A stretch of 64,000 nucleotides of DNA from Tricharina praecox (lineage: Eukaryota): assembly GCF_024521635.1 (NCBI RefSeq), contig NW_026250410.1, forward strand, positions 992,001 to 1,056,000, read 5' to 3'. The notes beneath the pieces are model-generated. The model had not been told where the DNA came from. It made no database searches and was given only the letters and a program-made list of their open reading frames with translations. Position 1 is the first letter of the stretch. Every line of letters starts with the position of its first letter. Shown one piece after another: positions 1 to 13,723 of this stretch. Position numbers and translations under genes: made by a program.

Positions 1-14
1 ATACTACGCTCGCA

Positions 15-1676
<1,662 letters not shown>

Positions 1677-1866
1677 GTGGGTGGATGGACTGGTTGGACT
1701 GGTTGGATGGATGGACTGGTACATACTACCTACATAAAAAAGCGATCGTTTATTCTCCTTTGTTTTTGAGTGGATGGCTGGCTGGATGGCTGGAGTACGA
1801 ATCTGAAAAATTTGCGGTGCACAATGGATGGATGGATGGGCTTGGCTGGATGGGCTTGGCTGGGCG

Positions 1867-1919
1867 GAGGTTGGGCTGAGGTTGGGCTGAGGTTGGGCTG
1901 AGGTTGGGCTGAGGTTGGG
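1867..1919. repeat. 11-bp tandem repeat (GAGGTTGGGCT)x4.8 downstream of MAP2
   Basis: Directly visible; five GGG runs. Confidence 0.9.
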
Positions 1920-2908
1920 GAATGCGCAGGGCTGTAATTATGCTTACTTACCTACGTATTTACTGCCTACTTGTTGCTTAGTACTTGTTACACGTGCGGT
2001 TTATCGTCTCGTGAGGGGAGATATTGGAGGATGGGTGCAGTGGGTCACTCAGTGATCCATAGTCCGCGAGGGAGGCGGTGAGGTGTATACGGGTGATGTA
2101 TGTAGGTGAACCGTCCCTGGAGTCGGAATACTGTGATTTGTATATCAGAATATATGCCATCTCTACTCCTCTGTGTCATACGTTCCAGCTTTCCACCTCC
2201 TAGCTCTACATATACCATCACCCACATTCATCCATCTAATGGCTGTCAACCCCAATCAATACATTCACGAAGAGTGCCAGCAGCCACACTCCTTTCACCT
2301 GGTTGACGCGCTCCTTTCCCGGGGTCTCGTCTGCGGTGGACGCACCCAACGCAGGGCACAGGGCTGAAAGTGACAAGTCTGCGCATTGGCGGTGCGCACT
2401 TACCTGGGTGGAACACGCACGATCGAAGCGGAGAACTCGCCGCCCTGTCCATTGCTACGACGACGACGACGACGACTTGGGTGGACATGAGAAAAATGAT
2501 ACGCGCCGAGTGATATTTGTGATGCAGCATATATTTCGTAGCCATCTAGACCTCTCGAGTACATGGAGAAACAACCTTCACCCCTAGGTAACCGGGCAGT
2601 AGCCATTACGTTATATGTCTAAGTACCTATAGGGGGGCAATGCTTTTCCTTCCCTCCTGCTAATAGAGCACAAGCTTCACTGCTACATAGCAGCACTCGA
2701 CCGTCGCTCTAAAGTTCGGACTCAGGAACCACTAATTTCAATTCACCTTTCGGATCGATTTTTCGGCGGCCGAGTTTCATCTTTGTTCTATGCTGGTGGA
2801 GCTGTCGAGTGTCCAGTGAGTGAATCGGGGCAATGGAAGGGTTGCCACTTTGGATCATATATTATCACTCCTCTACGGCTGGAGTACGGTACCTATGAAA
2901 CCGGAAAT

Positions 2909-2943
2909 CTGGAGACTGGAGACTGGAGACTGGAGACTGGAGA
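2909..2943. repeat. Heptamer repeat (CTGGAGA)x5
   Basis: Directly visible. Confidence 0.9.
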
Positions 2944-4443
2944 CCCGGGGCCGAAGATCCAAGGCTCGGAGAACCCCAGGACAATCCGTCGTCTTTGTCC
3001 AAGCAGGCCCTGAACTGGCAATTCCATCGGTCCGGAACCGGCCACCTACTCCTGGTACTGTTACCCGGAGTTATGGCGGCCTTGCATACAAACCGTCGAT
3101 GTTGCCTGCCGACGACTTCCACATGCAAGGATTTGACCGCCCCTAACTAAGTGACGACTCATGATGCGCCCCATGGTTACCAGTACATCTCGTCATCCGC
3201 CAAGCCAGGTATTCGGTCCGCACTTCGATTCTCCTTCTAGAAAAAGTCGATCGGTGCGCAAAACCCACATTCCGAGTTTCAGAGTACTGTACTCCGTTTG
3301 GGGGCTGAAAAACTCTTCTCTCTTGTTTTCTATCTTTTTTCCCTGGCTGACGCGTTCTGCAGTAGATGTTCAGAACGCCACGGCGGATAAGCATGCAGGT
3401 TGGTGATGACCGTGCGGTTTGGGAAAGTCTCAGGCACCAGGAGCGGGGTGGCAACGAATGGACGGACCCACTCTGCCGCCCGCCTCTCCCCGCTTTACTG
3501 CATATCAGACGGCGGCGGGAAGGTTAGGATAGTTATCTACCGCTTGCCGCCCGTGGTGCCCGAGAAGACCGTGGAATACAGTACCAGGTATACTACAGAG
3601 TACGGTAGCTACCGAGCTTTGCTCACCAACCTTGCTTTGGAGATTGGATAGGGTTTTCGGGAACCACAATCTCAATCCTCCACGCCGATTTGCTGTTCTT
3701 CCCCACAAATGGACCGCGTGGAGATTTGACGGCACGGGATAGTCCCCCAGTTAGCTAGAAATCCTCACTTTCGGGTGTGTGCGAGCGTTGCGAACTTGCG
3801 AGGATTTTCTTCAGCCGAATTCCGCTGGAACAAGGGATGGAATCCCACCATGTGCTAAATAGTAAGTTACGTCTGTCCCCTGTCGATCTCACTCTGGAAG
3901 CAAAAACACCCGTTCGTTACACAACTCTCCTCCTTCCAGCAGCAAGGGAATGCAGCCTGTTCGTGTTAGTTACATAGGGGGTTCGACTGGAAATCACTGC
4001 CGCTTGTTAGCGGATTACTAAATAACCGAGCTGCCATCCTCGACACCAGAGCTCAGAGACATGGGCTCCCCATCCTCCTGCTCTTATGGTACTATAACTG
4101 CCTATTTCCCCCGCCGTCCCGGATCAGTTCAGCGTCCAACGGTCAGCGGTCAGCGGTCATTGTTCAGCGTTTAGCCGGATTCCTTTCCTTATCATAGCAT
4201 TTTCTTCCAGTCCTTTTCAATACACACACACCTTTGTTTCGTCTCGCGAATTCCAGACGCCACATATAGAAGGACAAACAGGGCCTTGCTTTCTTTCCCG
4301 GGGTTGACATTTCTTTACCGCTTCTCATTGTTTGAAACGTCCTCCTCCTCGTTCTCCTCCTTCCGCTTCTCTTTCCTTCTTTCCTTCCTTCTTAGAGTAA
4401 ACTTCCCATTGTCCCTCCCGAATCCTCTAGTCGACCATAGAGT

Positions 4444-6797
4444 ATGTGGTTCTCGACATCTACAGGCTTCACGGCAGCCATTGCCGTGTCGGCGCTACTA
4501 CCCGTCACGGTGTTATCGCAGAGCGATCCGTGTGCGGAGTTCGCGGAAACCAGGGGCAACAGTAAGTGGCATATAGCTCTTCCCTTCGTCTATCGATCGT
4601 GTGCTGCATGAATAGATTGTACCGCAGGGGAGGGGGGGAGGGGAGGCAGTTGTAGATATTGCGGGGCTGTCACTATAACGGGGTTGGGCTAATATATCTG
4701 CTGTGCTTGTTGTAGGAGTTACTGGTCTTGATGCGAACCTGTTTCGTCGGTGTATCCAAAGCGTGCCCTTCGATGAAGACAAGGCGACACGGACGTTGCA
4801 TTATCTTCGCATGTTCCTTGGGTTGGATACTTATGCACCTTACCTGGTCGATCCGCCTGTCTCGGAGCTTGGTACGATATATTCCCCCATGAGGGTTATG
4901 CATGTGGTAGGAGGAATTGTCTGACATTTGGGCCCTAGAACTGGAACCTTTCAACCTCAATGAGACTCTGAGCGAGATCGAATCCAACATCAAGAGCGGC
5001 TCGTACGAGAATAATTGGTCGTTCGACTACGATGTCGTTCGGATGTTTCAGATGTTCCGAGACGGCCATACAGACTACGAGACGGTGTGTTCTCACGGCT
5101 TCATATACGTCCACGAGTTTCCCATCGCCTCGATTGCTTCCGGCGACGGTACCCCAGAGATCTACCATGTCATCAAGAACTTCGCCGCAGCGCAGTGGGA
5201 GGAGCCGCGGCTGGGGGCTAAGATCAAGAAGATCAACGGAAAGGAGCCACAGGAATACTTGACGGATTTCATAAGGAATTCACCCGAATCTCTGGATTGG
5301 GTGGATCCCGATGCTAGGTACAATGAGATGATGTACGGCTTCCCCGAAGGGACCTTCAGGGGTCGGTTCGCCAGACGCAACATGTGGAATGGGGAGGACC
5401 TGACAATCACCTGGGAGAATGGCACCGACACGAAAGTCGAGTTTACGTTGCAGCTGACCACGAGTATGTACAAGGACGGGGAATTGCTGTTCAACGATAC
5501 TCAGAGTCTTATCGACCTATGCTTCCTCAGCGAGACGGAAATCGGCAATTCGGGCTCAGCGGCAGTTGACGATGAACAGGCGGATGATCTGGACCTGGTT
5601 GTTCGGCAGACGGACGACGAGAAGTACCGTCCGGATGGGTATCCGACACCGTTGAATCATTCCAGTGAGTATGCTATGGCGACTTTTTCGGTGCCCGACG
5701 ACAAAGAGGCGGTCGTTCTCGCAATCCGTACTTTTGATCAGGAGGATTTATCGGCCGATGACTTTGTCCACGCGATGTCGGAATTCCTCAAGGATCAGGT
5801 CGCGTCCTGGAAGAAGTCTGGCTACAAACGTCTCATCATCGATGTGTCCAACAACAGCGGTGGCAAGGCGATCCTTCCATACGATTTCCTCAAACAGCTC
5901 TTCCCCTCCAAGGAGGACTTTCCGCCGGTGAACATGCACTACTCCCCCGTGACATGGGCGTACATGCACGCCATCAACGGTGGAAAGGAGTACGAGATGT
6001 ACAAAGACACCGGGATGAAAGACTTTGCCGACATGGCGGACTTCCTCGGACCGGTGCGGAAAGACAACGAATACTACAGCAAGACCTGGAAGCAGGACTA
6101 CGAGCAGTTTGGCGAGGTCAACTACAACCTCGAAGTCGCGGCCGCCTCCAACGAGCAGCCATTTAGCGCCGAGAACATCGCCATAATCTCCAACTCGCAC
6201 TGCGCATCCGCGTGCCACTCGATCGTCGAGTCTCTCCGCAACCAGGGCGTCCGCGCCTTCGCATACGGCGGCCGCGCAAATGCGTCGACACCGATGCAAC
6301 CAGTCGGCGGCACCAAAGGCGGCAAAGTCCTGCGCTACGACAACGTCCGCGGCTTCCTCGAGCGCGCACAAGACGACGACACGGTCCTCGAAGCCGCCGG
6401 TGACCAGAGCACATGGCTCCTCCAGACGCTGCCGGTGCGCATCAAGAACGTCAATGTCAACTCGGAGAACAAGTTCCGCGAGGGCAACCGCCTTCCGCTG
6501 CAATTCGTCTACACCCCGGCGTGCAACCGGTTTTTTGTTGATAAAACCATGTTTGGCGATATATCCGCCGTGTGGAAGAAAACCCGCGAGGTTGCCTGGG
6601 GCTCCGATGGCAAGGCGGTGGATTGTGTCGATTATGACCCCATCGAGCCCGAGGATACGTTCTTGGAGAATGACGAGTCCGCCAGCACCGGAAAGGATAG
6701 CGAGAAGGAGAGCGCTGGTCAGGTTTCTTGGAAGATACCCGGTTGCGGGTGGCTCGTGGCGCCGGGGCTGCTGGCTTGCGCACTTTTATACATCTAA
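4444..6797 (+). CDS. Secreted, probably GPI-anchored fungal peptidase S41-family protein, exons 4444-4561, 4716-4871, 4939-6797 (710 aa)
   Basis: Signal peptide MWFSTSTGFTAAIAVSALLPVTVLSQ. FRDGHT, LIIDVSNNSGG and ISNSHCASAC (catalytic-Ser-type) motifs, plus MQPVGGTKGG. Hydrophobic C-terminal tail; canonical introns; 2133 nt spliced. Confidence 0.85.
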
Positions 6798-7243
6798 ACC
6801 CTGGATCATGTCGAAGATTGCGGGCGGAGGGGATGTGGTGGGGCGATTGTCGATTGAGTAATCACTCAGCTCACAATAAACGGGAGACGCGGAGAGCGAC
6901 AGCGAGAAGGGGACGAGGTGTGCCCGGTGGGTAGACGGGCGAGCCGCGACGGCCAGAAAATACTGGCGAGTGGGCGGGTGAGCAGTGTTCCGGAGGTTGC
7001 ATCTGAGGATGACTTCATCACTTTCATTTTCTGGGGGTTTTTTATCATTCATTCATTCGTTTCATTTATTCATTCACTCATTCGTTCGTTCCGGAGGCAT
7101 CACTTTGGACTGGATATCATTCTTTGGCGTTCTTTACTTTGCTTTACTTGGGATTGGGATTGGGATTGGGTTTGTTGCGTTATAGGTACCTAATGTACTC
7201 ATTGTGTGGGAGGGATTGGGATTGTGGTTTATGGGGTGGGAAA

Positions 7244-7288
7244 GGAAGGAAGGAAGGAAGGAAGGAAGGAAGGAAGGAAGGAAGGAAG
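7244..7288. repeat. (GGAA)n microsatellite
   Basis: Directly visible. Confidence 0.9.
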
Positions 7289-10124
7289 GGAAGAATTACC
7301 ACCTAGACTAAGATGTATCTGTCGATGAATATAGAGTGGAGTATGTAGACTAGTATAATAGGGAGACTGGCTACATTTGTAATATATATTATGCGGATAA
7401 AAGGACAGACTGCTTTGTGAACATCTTGGTAGCTGTTATGTACAAGTATGGAGAATATTTGACTGAAGATAAGACTGGAATTGCATAGCCTCATACCTAC
7501 TCCTTCCATGATTTGGCAGCTCGACTCGGACCACAAATCTGTCAGATAATACTAGTAGATTCCCTTTGCGCTTTCCTGGCTGCATTTGGAAATAGAAGCT
7601 CAAAGTTATTCTCGCTGATACCAGGAACAATAGCAAGGGGACCGAGGAGAGCTCTCGTCCCTTGTATGCATACTGTCTACGTACAAAAAGCACCCCAAGA
7701 CCAGTTCTGTTCTGCCGGAAAGGAACAATAGACAGGAGGCCACTGGCCAGCAGTGCCCGGGAAATATCCAGTCAAGATATACACACCTACATACTCAGAC
7801 CAAGAAGCTCAGGACGTTGAACTAGGAACCATACTCCCCTCCTCCCCTTCTCTCCCCACCCTTACGAGATATGGGCTGTCTGGTTTAGCCTCCCCATCTG
7901 CGTCTGCCCGGCTGCCTCTGGGAGCAGAACACCTATATATGTACAATACACCACCCGATGCATCAAGCCCATCTTTCCTTCCTTCTTTTTTCTTTCTTAC
8001 TTTCTTACTTTCTTACTTACTTCCCTCGGCCCCACGTATCAAAAACTGGGAGCCAATAAAAAAAAAAAGTTTATATAAAAAAAAGAAAAGCAACTACAAC
8101 CACACCAAGGTGTAATCATGAAATCTTGAGCGTCTGGGACAGCAGTTATGGAGTCCAGGAGTGCAGTTACAAACTGCAAGGAAAAGCGGCTGTGACCGGC
8201 CGGCCCAGCGCTGCGATGAGGGCGAGGCGAGCGTCGAGTAGTAGGATGCACGCGTAGAGGCCGCCAGCTTGGATTGTGCTCCAGTGGAATAGAACCCGAA
8301 AACGACGGGGTGCTAATGCCGCAGTACGCGAAAACACCCCGAGGCGGACTTTGTCCGCTGGATGTGCCTTCGCAGTCGCAAGTGGCAAGTGCCAACTCGA
8401 TAGACCCGCAGGCCGTCCATGACGATGGAGGTGGAGGCGCTTCCGGGTTTCCAGAAATCTTCTTCGGTGGTTTGCGGAGGAAGTCTGTTGTGAGACTCTT
8501 CGTCTTCCCCTTGGGACTAGTCTGGCCTCGTTGATGTTCCAGTCTCTGTTGTTGTCCTGGACGATCTGATCGTCCCGCTTGACAACACATTACCATCACC
8601 AGGGTGGAGTATTGTCGACATCCGTAAAACCAGAGTTGTCTGGCTTGCGGAGGTGGATGTGCCTTGACAGGAGGAAAAATGTCAGTAAACTGCTTGTGTA
8701 AGAGGGAAGCGCGCTGGATATACCTTCGACTTGATCACCACATAAATGTGCCGCTCTCAACCGGCCCCCAGATAAGTTCTGGAAGGCCCTTTTCAATGGA
8801 GATGGAGGATGATGAGTGGGGCAATGTGAGGAGGAGGAAGAGGGGTGGGTGGATGGATAATGGTGTATGGTGGAGAGTTGGTTGTGATAGAGGAGGGATG
8901 ATGGAGGAGGGATGATGGAGGAGGAGGGATGTCGGAGAAGGCTGGATGTTGCAGAAGTTGCATCGAAAAGGTGTGTTAGGATTACCCCGAAAGGCTTGCG
9001 GAGGGAGTGGGACGAAGGGTAGGTGGGGCTGCGGCTCTCTTTGTGGGGTTTGTGCGGGAAACAACGTCACAGCCTCGCAGGAGGGCACGATGCCCCAACC
9101 CCATTCTGTGAACACTGCAGCCCACGGCTTAGGGTACCTACCCCGGGTTTAGGGCAACGTTGCAGATGCATTGAAAGACATGCATAAGATTCCCGCACAG
9201 GACCTCGCAAAGTCCCTGGACCCGAGACCAACTCCCGGCTGGAGTGAACCTCCCGGCGCCGTCTCGTTTGGTCTTCTCCCGCACCACTATCCAAGAACAT
9301 ATCTTTGGACAAAGGAACCGGAGAAGTGGATGTTTTGACCTTCCAGAATCAGCTGCGTACAGATACCGCTTGTCAGGGAACATACTCAGTAGTGTCACAT
9401 CCATCTGACCAACCACCGGATCGGTACATACATTAGGTACTTGCGTCCACAAAGACCTGATCCGACAGGTGAGTGAGCCAAATCCCCCGACATCTACAGA
9501 CTACATAGCAGATCCTTCTACCTTGAGAAATTGGTGACAAACCGGAGGCGGAACTCCAACACATGTTCACCAGCGGATGCCTACTCCTTACCTATCATCC
9601 GCTCCTTGGCCCTGGCCTTCTCGAGCTCCCTCCCCCTCTCCTCCTTCCCTTCCTATCCTCCATCTGTAGCAGCTTTCGAGGTCGACATCGGCCGCACTGT
9701 CCAATGTTCTTGGTTGCCCACTCTAAAGATATCACAGACGTCACTCGATCCGACCAATCCAGCGAGTGATCCATCATGTGTAAGTACACCATACGTATTC
9801 TCATCTCCCAACGCCCCAATCATCCACAATCCACCCATTTCATCCACGCTATTCACATCCATCCCCATCATCCTTCATTCTCGCCACTTTAGGTACCTAG
9901 CAGGAAAAAAAAGGTACAGTTACAAGTCAAGTCGGAAAGCAACAATACGTTGCTGCACGAGGCGGCGGCGGCGGCGAAATAACGGAAAGAAAAAGCAAAT
10001 CAACGATATAAACTACAAGAAAAATAAGAAAGCAAGAAACGCCCCATATGTAGCAGGTCAGTTCCCGCTACCTGTGCACACACAACTGCGAAGATATATG
10101 TGCTTCATCGTCGACTAACAACAT

Positions 10125-13100
10125 CTACTCCTCGCTTCTGGTCCTCTTAGGATCTGAACCTGTCGTGTCATCGCTAGCACCACCGACAGCAGCTTCAATC
10201 TTCCGTTTCACCGGTACGACATTCCCGTTACTACCCTCAACCGGTGGTCCCGTAGGATCGTATTCCGCTTGTCCCTGTTTCTGTCCCGAACGCTTGGCCA
10301 CTTCTCTCGCTTCCTTTGCCTTCTTGCGGTCTGCATCGTGTCGCTTCTTTTGGTTGTCGCGCTCTTTACGGCGCTCCATCTTAGACTCGTACTCATGCCA
10401 GTCACCACGGAGGTCTCGCAAGCTGATCGAGAAGCGTTAGCACAAATTCACCATTGATAGAGCTATATCCAGTCGGAGACATACCCAAGCGGTGGCTCCG
10501 GAGCCGGGTCCTCGGAGAAGTATGGGTGTTTTAAGCAGTCCTCAGCAGTCGGTCGCCGTTCGGGGTTGTATTGCAAGAGTTGTGTGATCAAGTCCATGGC
10601 GGATGGCGGAATTTGCCTGGGAAAGAATCGTCAATCACCAACCCTTCATCATCACAGCGATATCAAGGATACAACACATACTCGGCAAACTTTTTCCGGA
10701 ATCTGTTCTTCCGGTTCAGACCGGACGTCCTCAGGAGCGAGTACCAGGGCATTTGTTTCAACTTCGGCCACACTTTCTCGGTAGGCTTGCCCAGAATCTT
10801 ATAGATGATATCCAGCTGGTCGATTTCCGTCCTGCCCGGAAACAGTGGGACGCGGGTGAAGAGTTCAACAAAGACGCAGGCGGCGCTCCACATATCGACA
10901 GCGGGACCGTATGCTGTAGCACCGAGAAGAATCTCTGGTGGACGGTACCAAAGGGTAATGATCCTATTCGTATAATCCATTTCCTTCTTGCTGTTCTTGG
11001 TGTAGAAGCGCGCCAGACCGAAGTCGGCGATCTTCAGCTGTCCGTCGTTGTTCAAGAGGATATTGGAACCTTTGATATCGCGATGCAAGACACCACGGTG
11101 GTGCAAGTAGTGCAATGCATCGAAAAATTGCCTCGCCAGGTGCTTAATGTGTGTGAGCTCGAGTCTGAACGTGGGGTGGTTGAGAATTCCGGTCAAGTCG
11201 TGATCCATGTAGTCGAACACCATGTAAAAATCACCTGGCCTCTATCAGCCAATTGAACCGCGAGACCAATGGTTGGTTGTACTTACTCTTTTCCACCATC
11301 ATTTCCAACAATGAAACGATATTCTCATGCTTGAGCGCTTGAAGTAGTTTCATCTCCCGAACAGCGGTGATCGGGAAACCGTCCTTTTCATTTTCCATTC
11401 GAATCCTCTTTAGTGCTACCAACTCTTTGGTAAGATTGTTGGAAGCTTTGTAGACCTTGCCGTAAGTTCCCTCTCCAACCATGCTAACCCTATGATATAT
11501 CGGCATATCCTTGACGATAATCTCGGGGCCCGGGGGTGGAGGGGGAGGTGGCGGCGGCGGTGGAAGTGGCGGAGACGGAGCTCTGACATGTCGCGGTGAG
11601 TTACGTCTGCGTCCTCTGCGGGGACCTTCGTTCGGCGTAGGTCTCGGTTCTGGCTGTCTAACTCGGGAGAGCCTGGCCGTGAGGTCGATAGTCCGACCCC
11701 CCAGTGGTGCGCTATTACTGCCAGTCGCAAACTTACCCATCCTCATATCTAGGGCCTTTGGTGCTGGTTTCACGGGCTTGGAAGACTTTGTAGGTATAGC
11801 CATGGTGAACTTGATCTTTTCCGCTGCGGGGGCCGTAGGAGCGTTTTCAGGAGCGGTGTTGTCGGGACCACTAAGCACCTTCTTAAAAGACTTGACTGGC
11901 TCTTCCCCAGATACGGGCTTGGTTTCATGTTGCATCTCGGGCGGCTTTTGGTCGGCAGCGGGACCGGTAGGAATCGGACGTTCGCCGTTAACCTCTGGAG
12001 ACAGCTGTTGACTTGGATCGTCATGACTGCGAGCCCCGGGAGACCCGCCGTGAGAGTCCCGGCTCTCAGACTGCAATCGGTCTTGTGTAGGTGCTGGAGG
12101 AGATTGGTCCTGCCGTCCTGGAGCTTCAGAGTGGCCACCGCCTCTACCACCTCTGGCTGAGCCCCGCCCTCGAGCTGGGAATTCGCCACCGAAGGTCCTG
12201 AAATCATTAGCTTTTCATCACGCATTGGCATTTAGGGTTTCCTACAATGGCTGGTTACGATGGTGATCTGCTCCACCACGACCACCGCGACCACGACCTC
12301 GACCTCGACCTCTTCCACGCTCGGGACGATCCTGCACCAGACGTTGTCGCTCCGGGTTCACATATGGTCCATTACTTGGACCTTCCGGTTGCCCCTTGCT
12401 GCTAGAATCGCCAACGGTGGATTGTGAGTCATGGACATCACTACGCCGACTAGACGGTCGTTCTGCTGTATCACGCTTTGGCGACCTAGGGGGAGTCCGA
12501 CGACGGGGTGGGCCACGGTTTGAATCTCGCGAGCGACTCCGTATTCGTCCTTCGGATGGGCCGTGATCGTCCTCCCGCCGACCTCTGATCCGACGTTCCG
12601 GTGGTCCACGATCCAGAGCCGTGCGATTGGACCTTGATGACGCAGCCGGTGGCGATGGCCGTCTGTCAGGAAATAGTTCGCGTGGTGGTCGACCGGAACG
12701 TGGAGGCGATCGTGTACGCATGGGAGGTGGTGAGTATGCTGCGTGTACTGGAGGGGAACGAGCACGTGTTGATGGCGGTGGCGGTGGTTGATCGGGCCTG
12801 TCACGATATGGTGACCTGTCCGATCTGCTCTGTGAATGTCGATGCCGGAGAGGAGGATAGTCCGCATCATTCTTCTTCGAAGGTTCCCTCCGAGGCGAAG
12901 AACCTCTACGCGCGGGCGGGCTGACATATCTAGATTTCAGGGGAGGAGGCGATGGTGGCCTTCGGGACCCCCTCTCGACTGAGTATCCGCGGGAACGAGG
13001 GGGCAGTGGTGGAGGTGAGAGATCAATAAGAGGTGGTAGTGGAGGGGGGGATCCGGGTTCGCGTCTTGAAGGCGGTGGAGAGCGCTTGCGGTAAGCCGCT

Positions 13101-13723
13101 TGCGGAGGCGCTGGAGACGCAGCATGTCGACGAGGCGGTGATGCCGAACGCTCCCGGTGACGGCCCGATAATTTGTGTTTTCGTGGCGGAGAGCCTGGTG
13201 CAGGTGGTGGTGAACGTGAGGCATCACGTGTCCCATGCTTGATGTTGGATGGCGGACTTCGAGATCTAGTACGTGGTCGTTTTGGCCTCTTGTGCTTGGT
13301 GAAAGTATGACCCGGAGAGCGACTCCGCCGTCGCTTATCTGTGGGTGATATCGAAGCATGCCGCTTCCTGTGTCGATGGGATCCGTGGCGTGGTGAGTGT
13401 GAATGGCGATGGCGCTTTGAACGGTGTGGAGAGCGTTCGTCATGCTTTGCAGAACGCCGAGTCTCCGCACTCCGACTTCGTCCTCTCGAGCGTCTCCTGG
13501 TAGCTGTCGGCGGTGGGGGCCTCATATCATCCCTTTTCCGCCGCTCACGGCTCCGTTCCCTCTCCATATCAACGTTTTGCCCATGCTTTCTTGCATGCGG
13601 CGATGAACCTTTCTTCTCCCTAGAATCGGAGCGCGCCCGCCGACCTCTGCCTCGATCCGCATCCTCGTAATCGTACCGCCCCGGACTCCGAGCGTCATGA
13701 TTTCTGGAGGTCTTTGACGACAT
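10125..13723 (-). CDS. CTK1: RNA Pol II CTD kinase subunit alpha (CDK12/13-like), exons 13723-12246, 12197-11287, 11234-10682, 10616-10485, 10422-10125 (1123 aa)
   Basis: [64 protein letters not shown] and C-terminal GDWHEYESK. Long RS/SP-rich N-terminus; 3372 nt spliced. Confidence 0.93.

Noticed and set aside
2396..2545. U1 snRNA-like words (ACTTACCTGG, GATCGAAG, CCATTGC, ATTTGTG) at roughly U1 spacing
   Set aside because: Stems I-IV cannot be formed convincingly, the loops deviate from consensus, and a (GAC)n SSR sits in the middle. It is more likely chance or an antisense splice-donor word. An Infernal RF00003 search would settle it.
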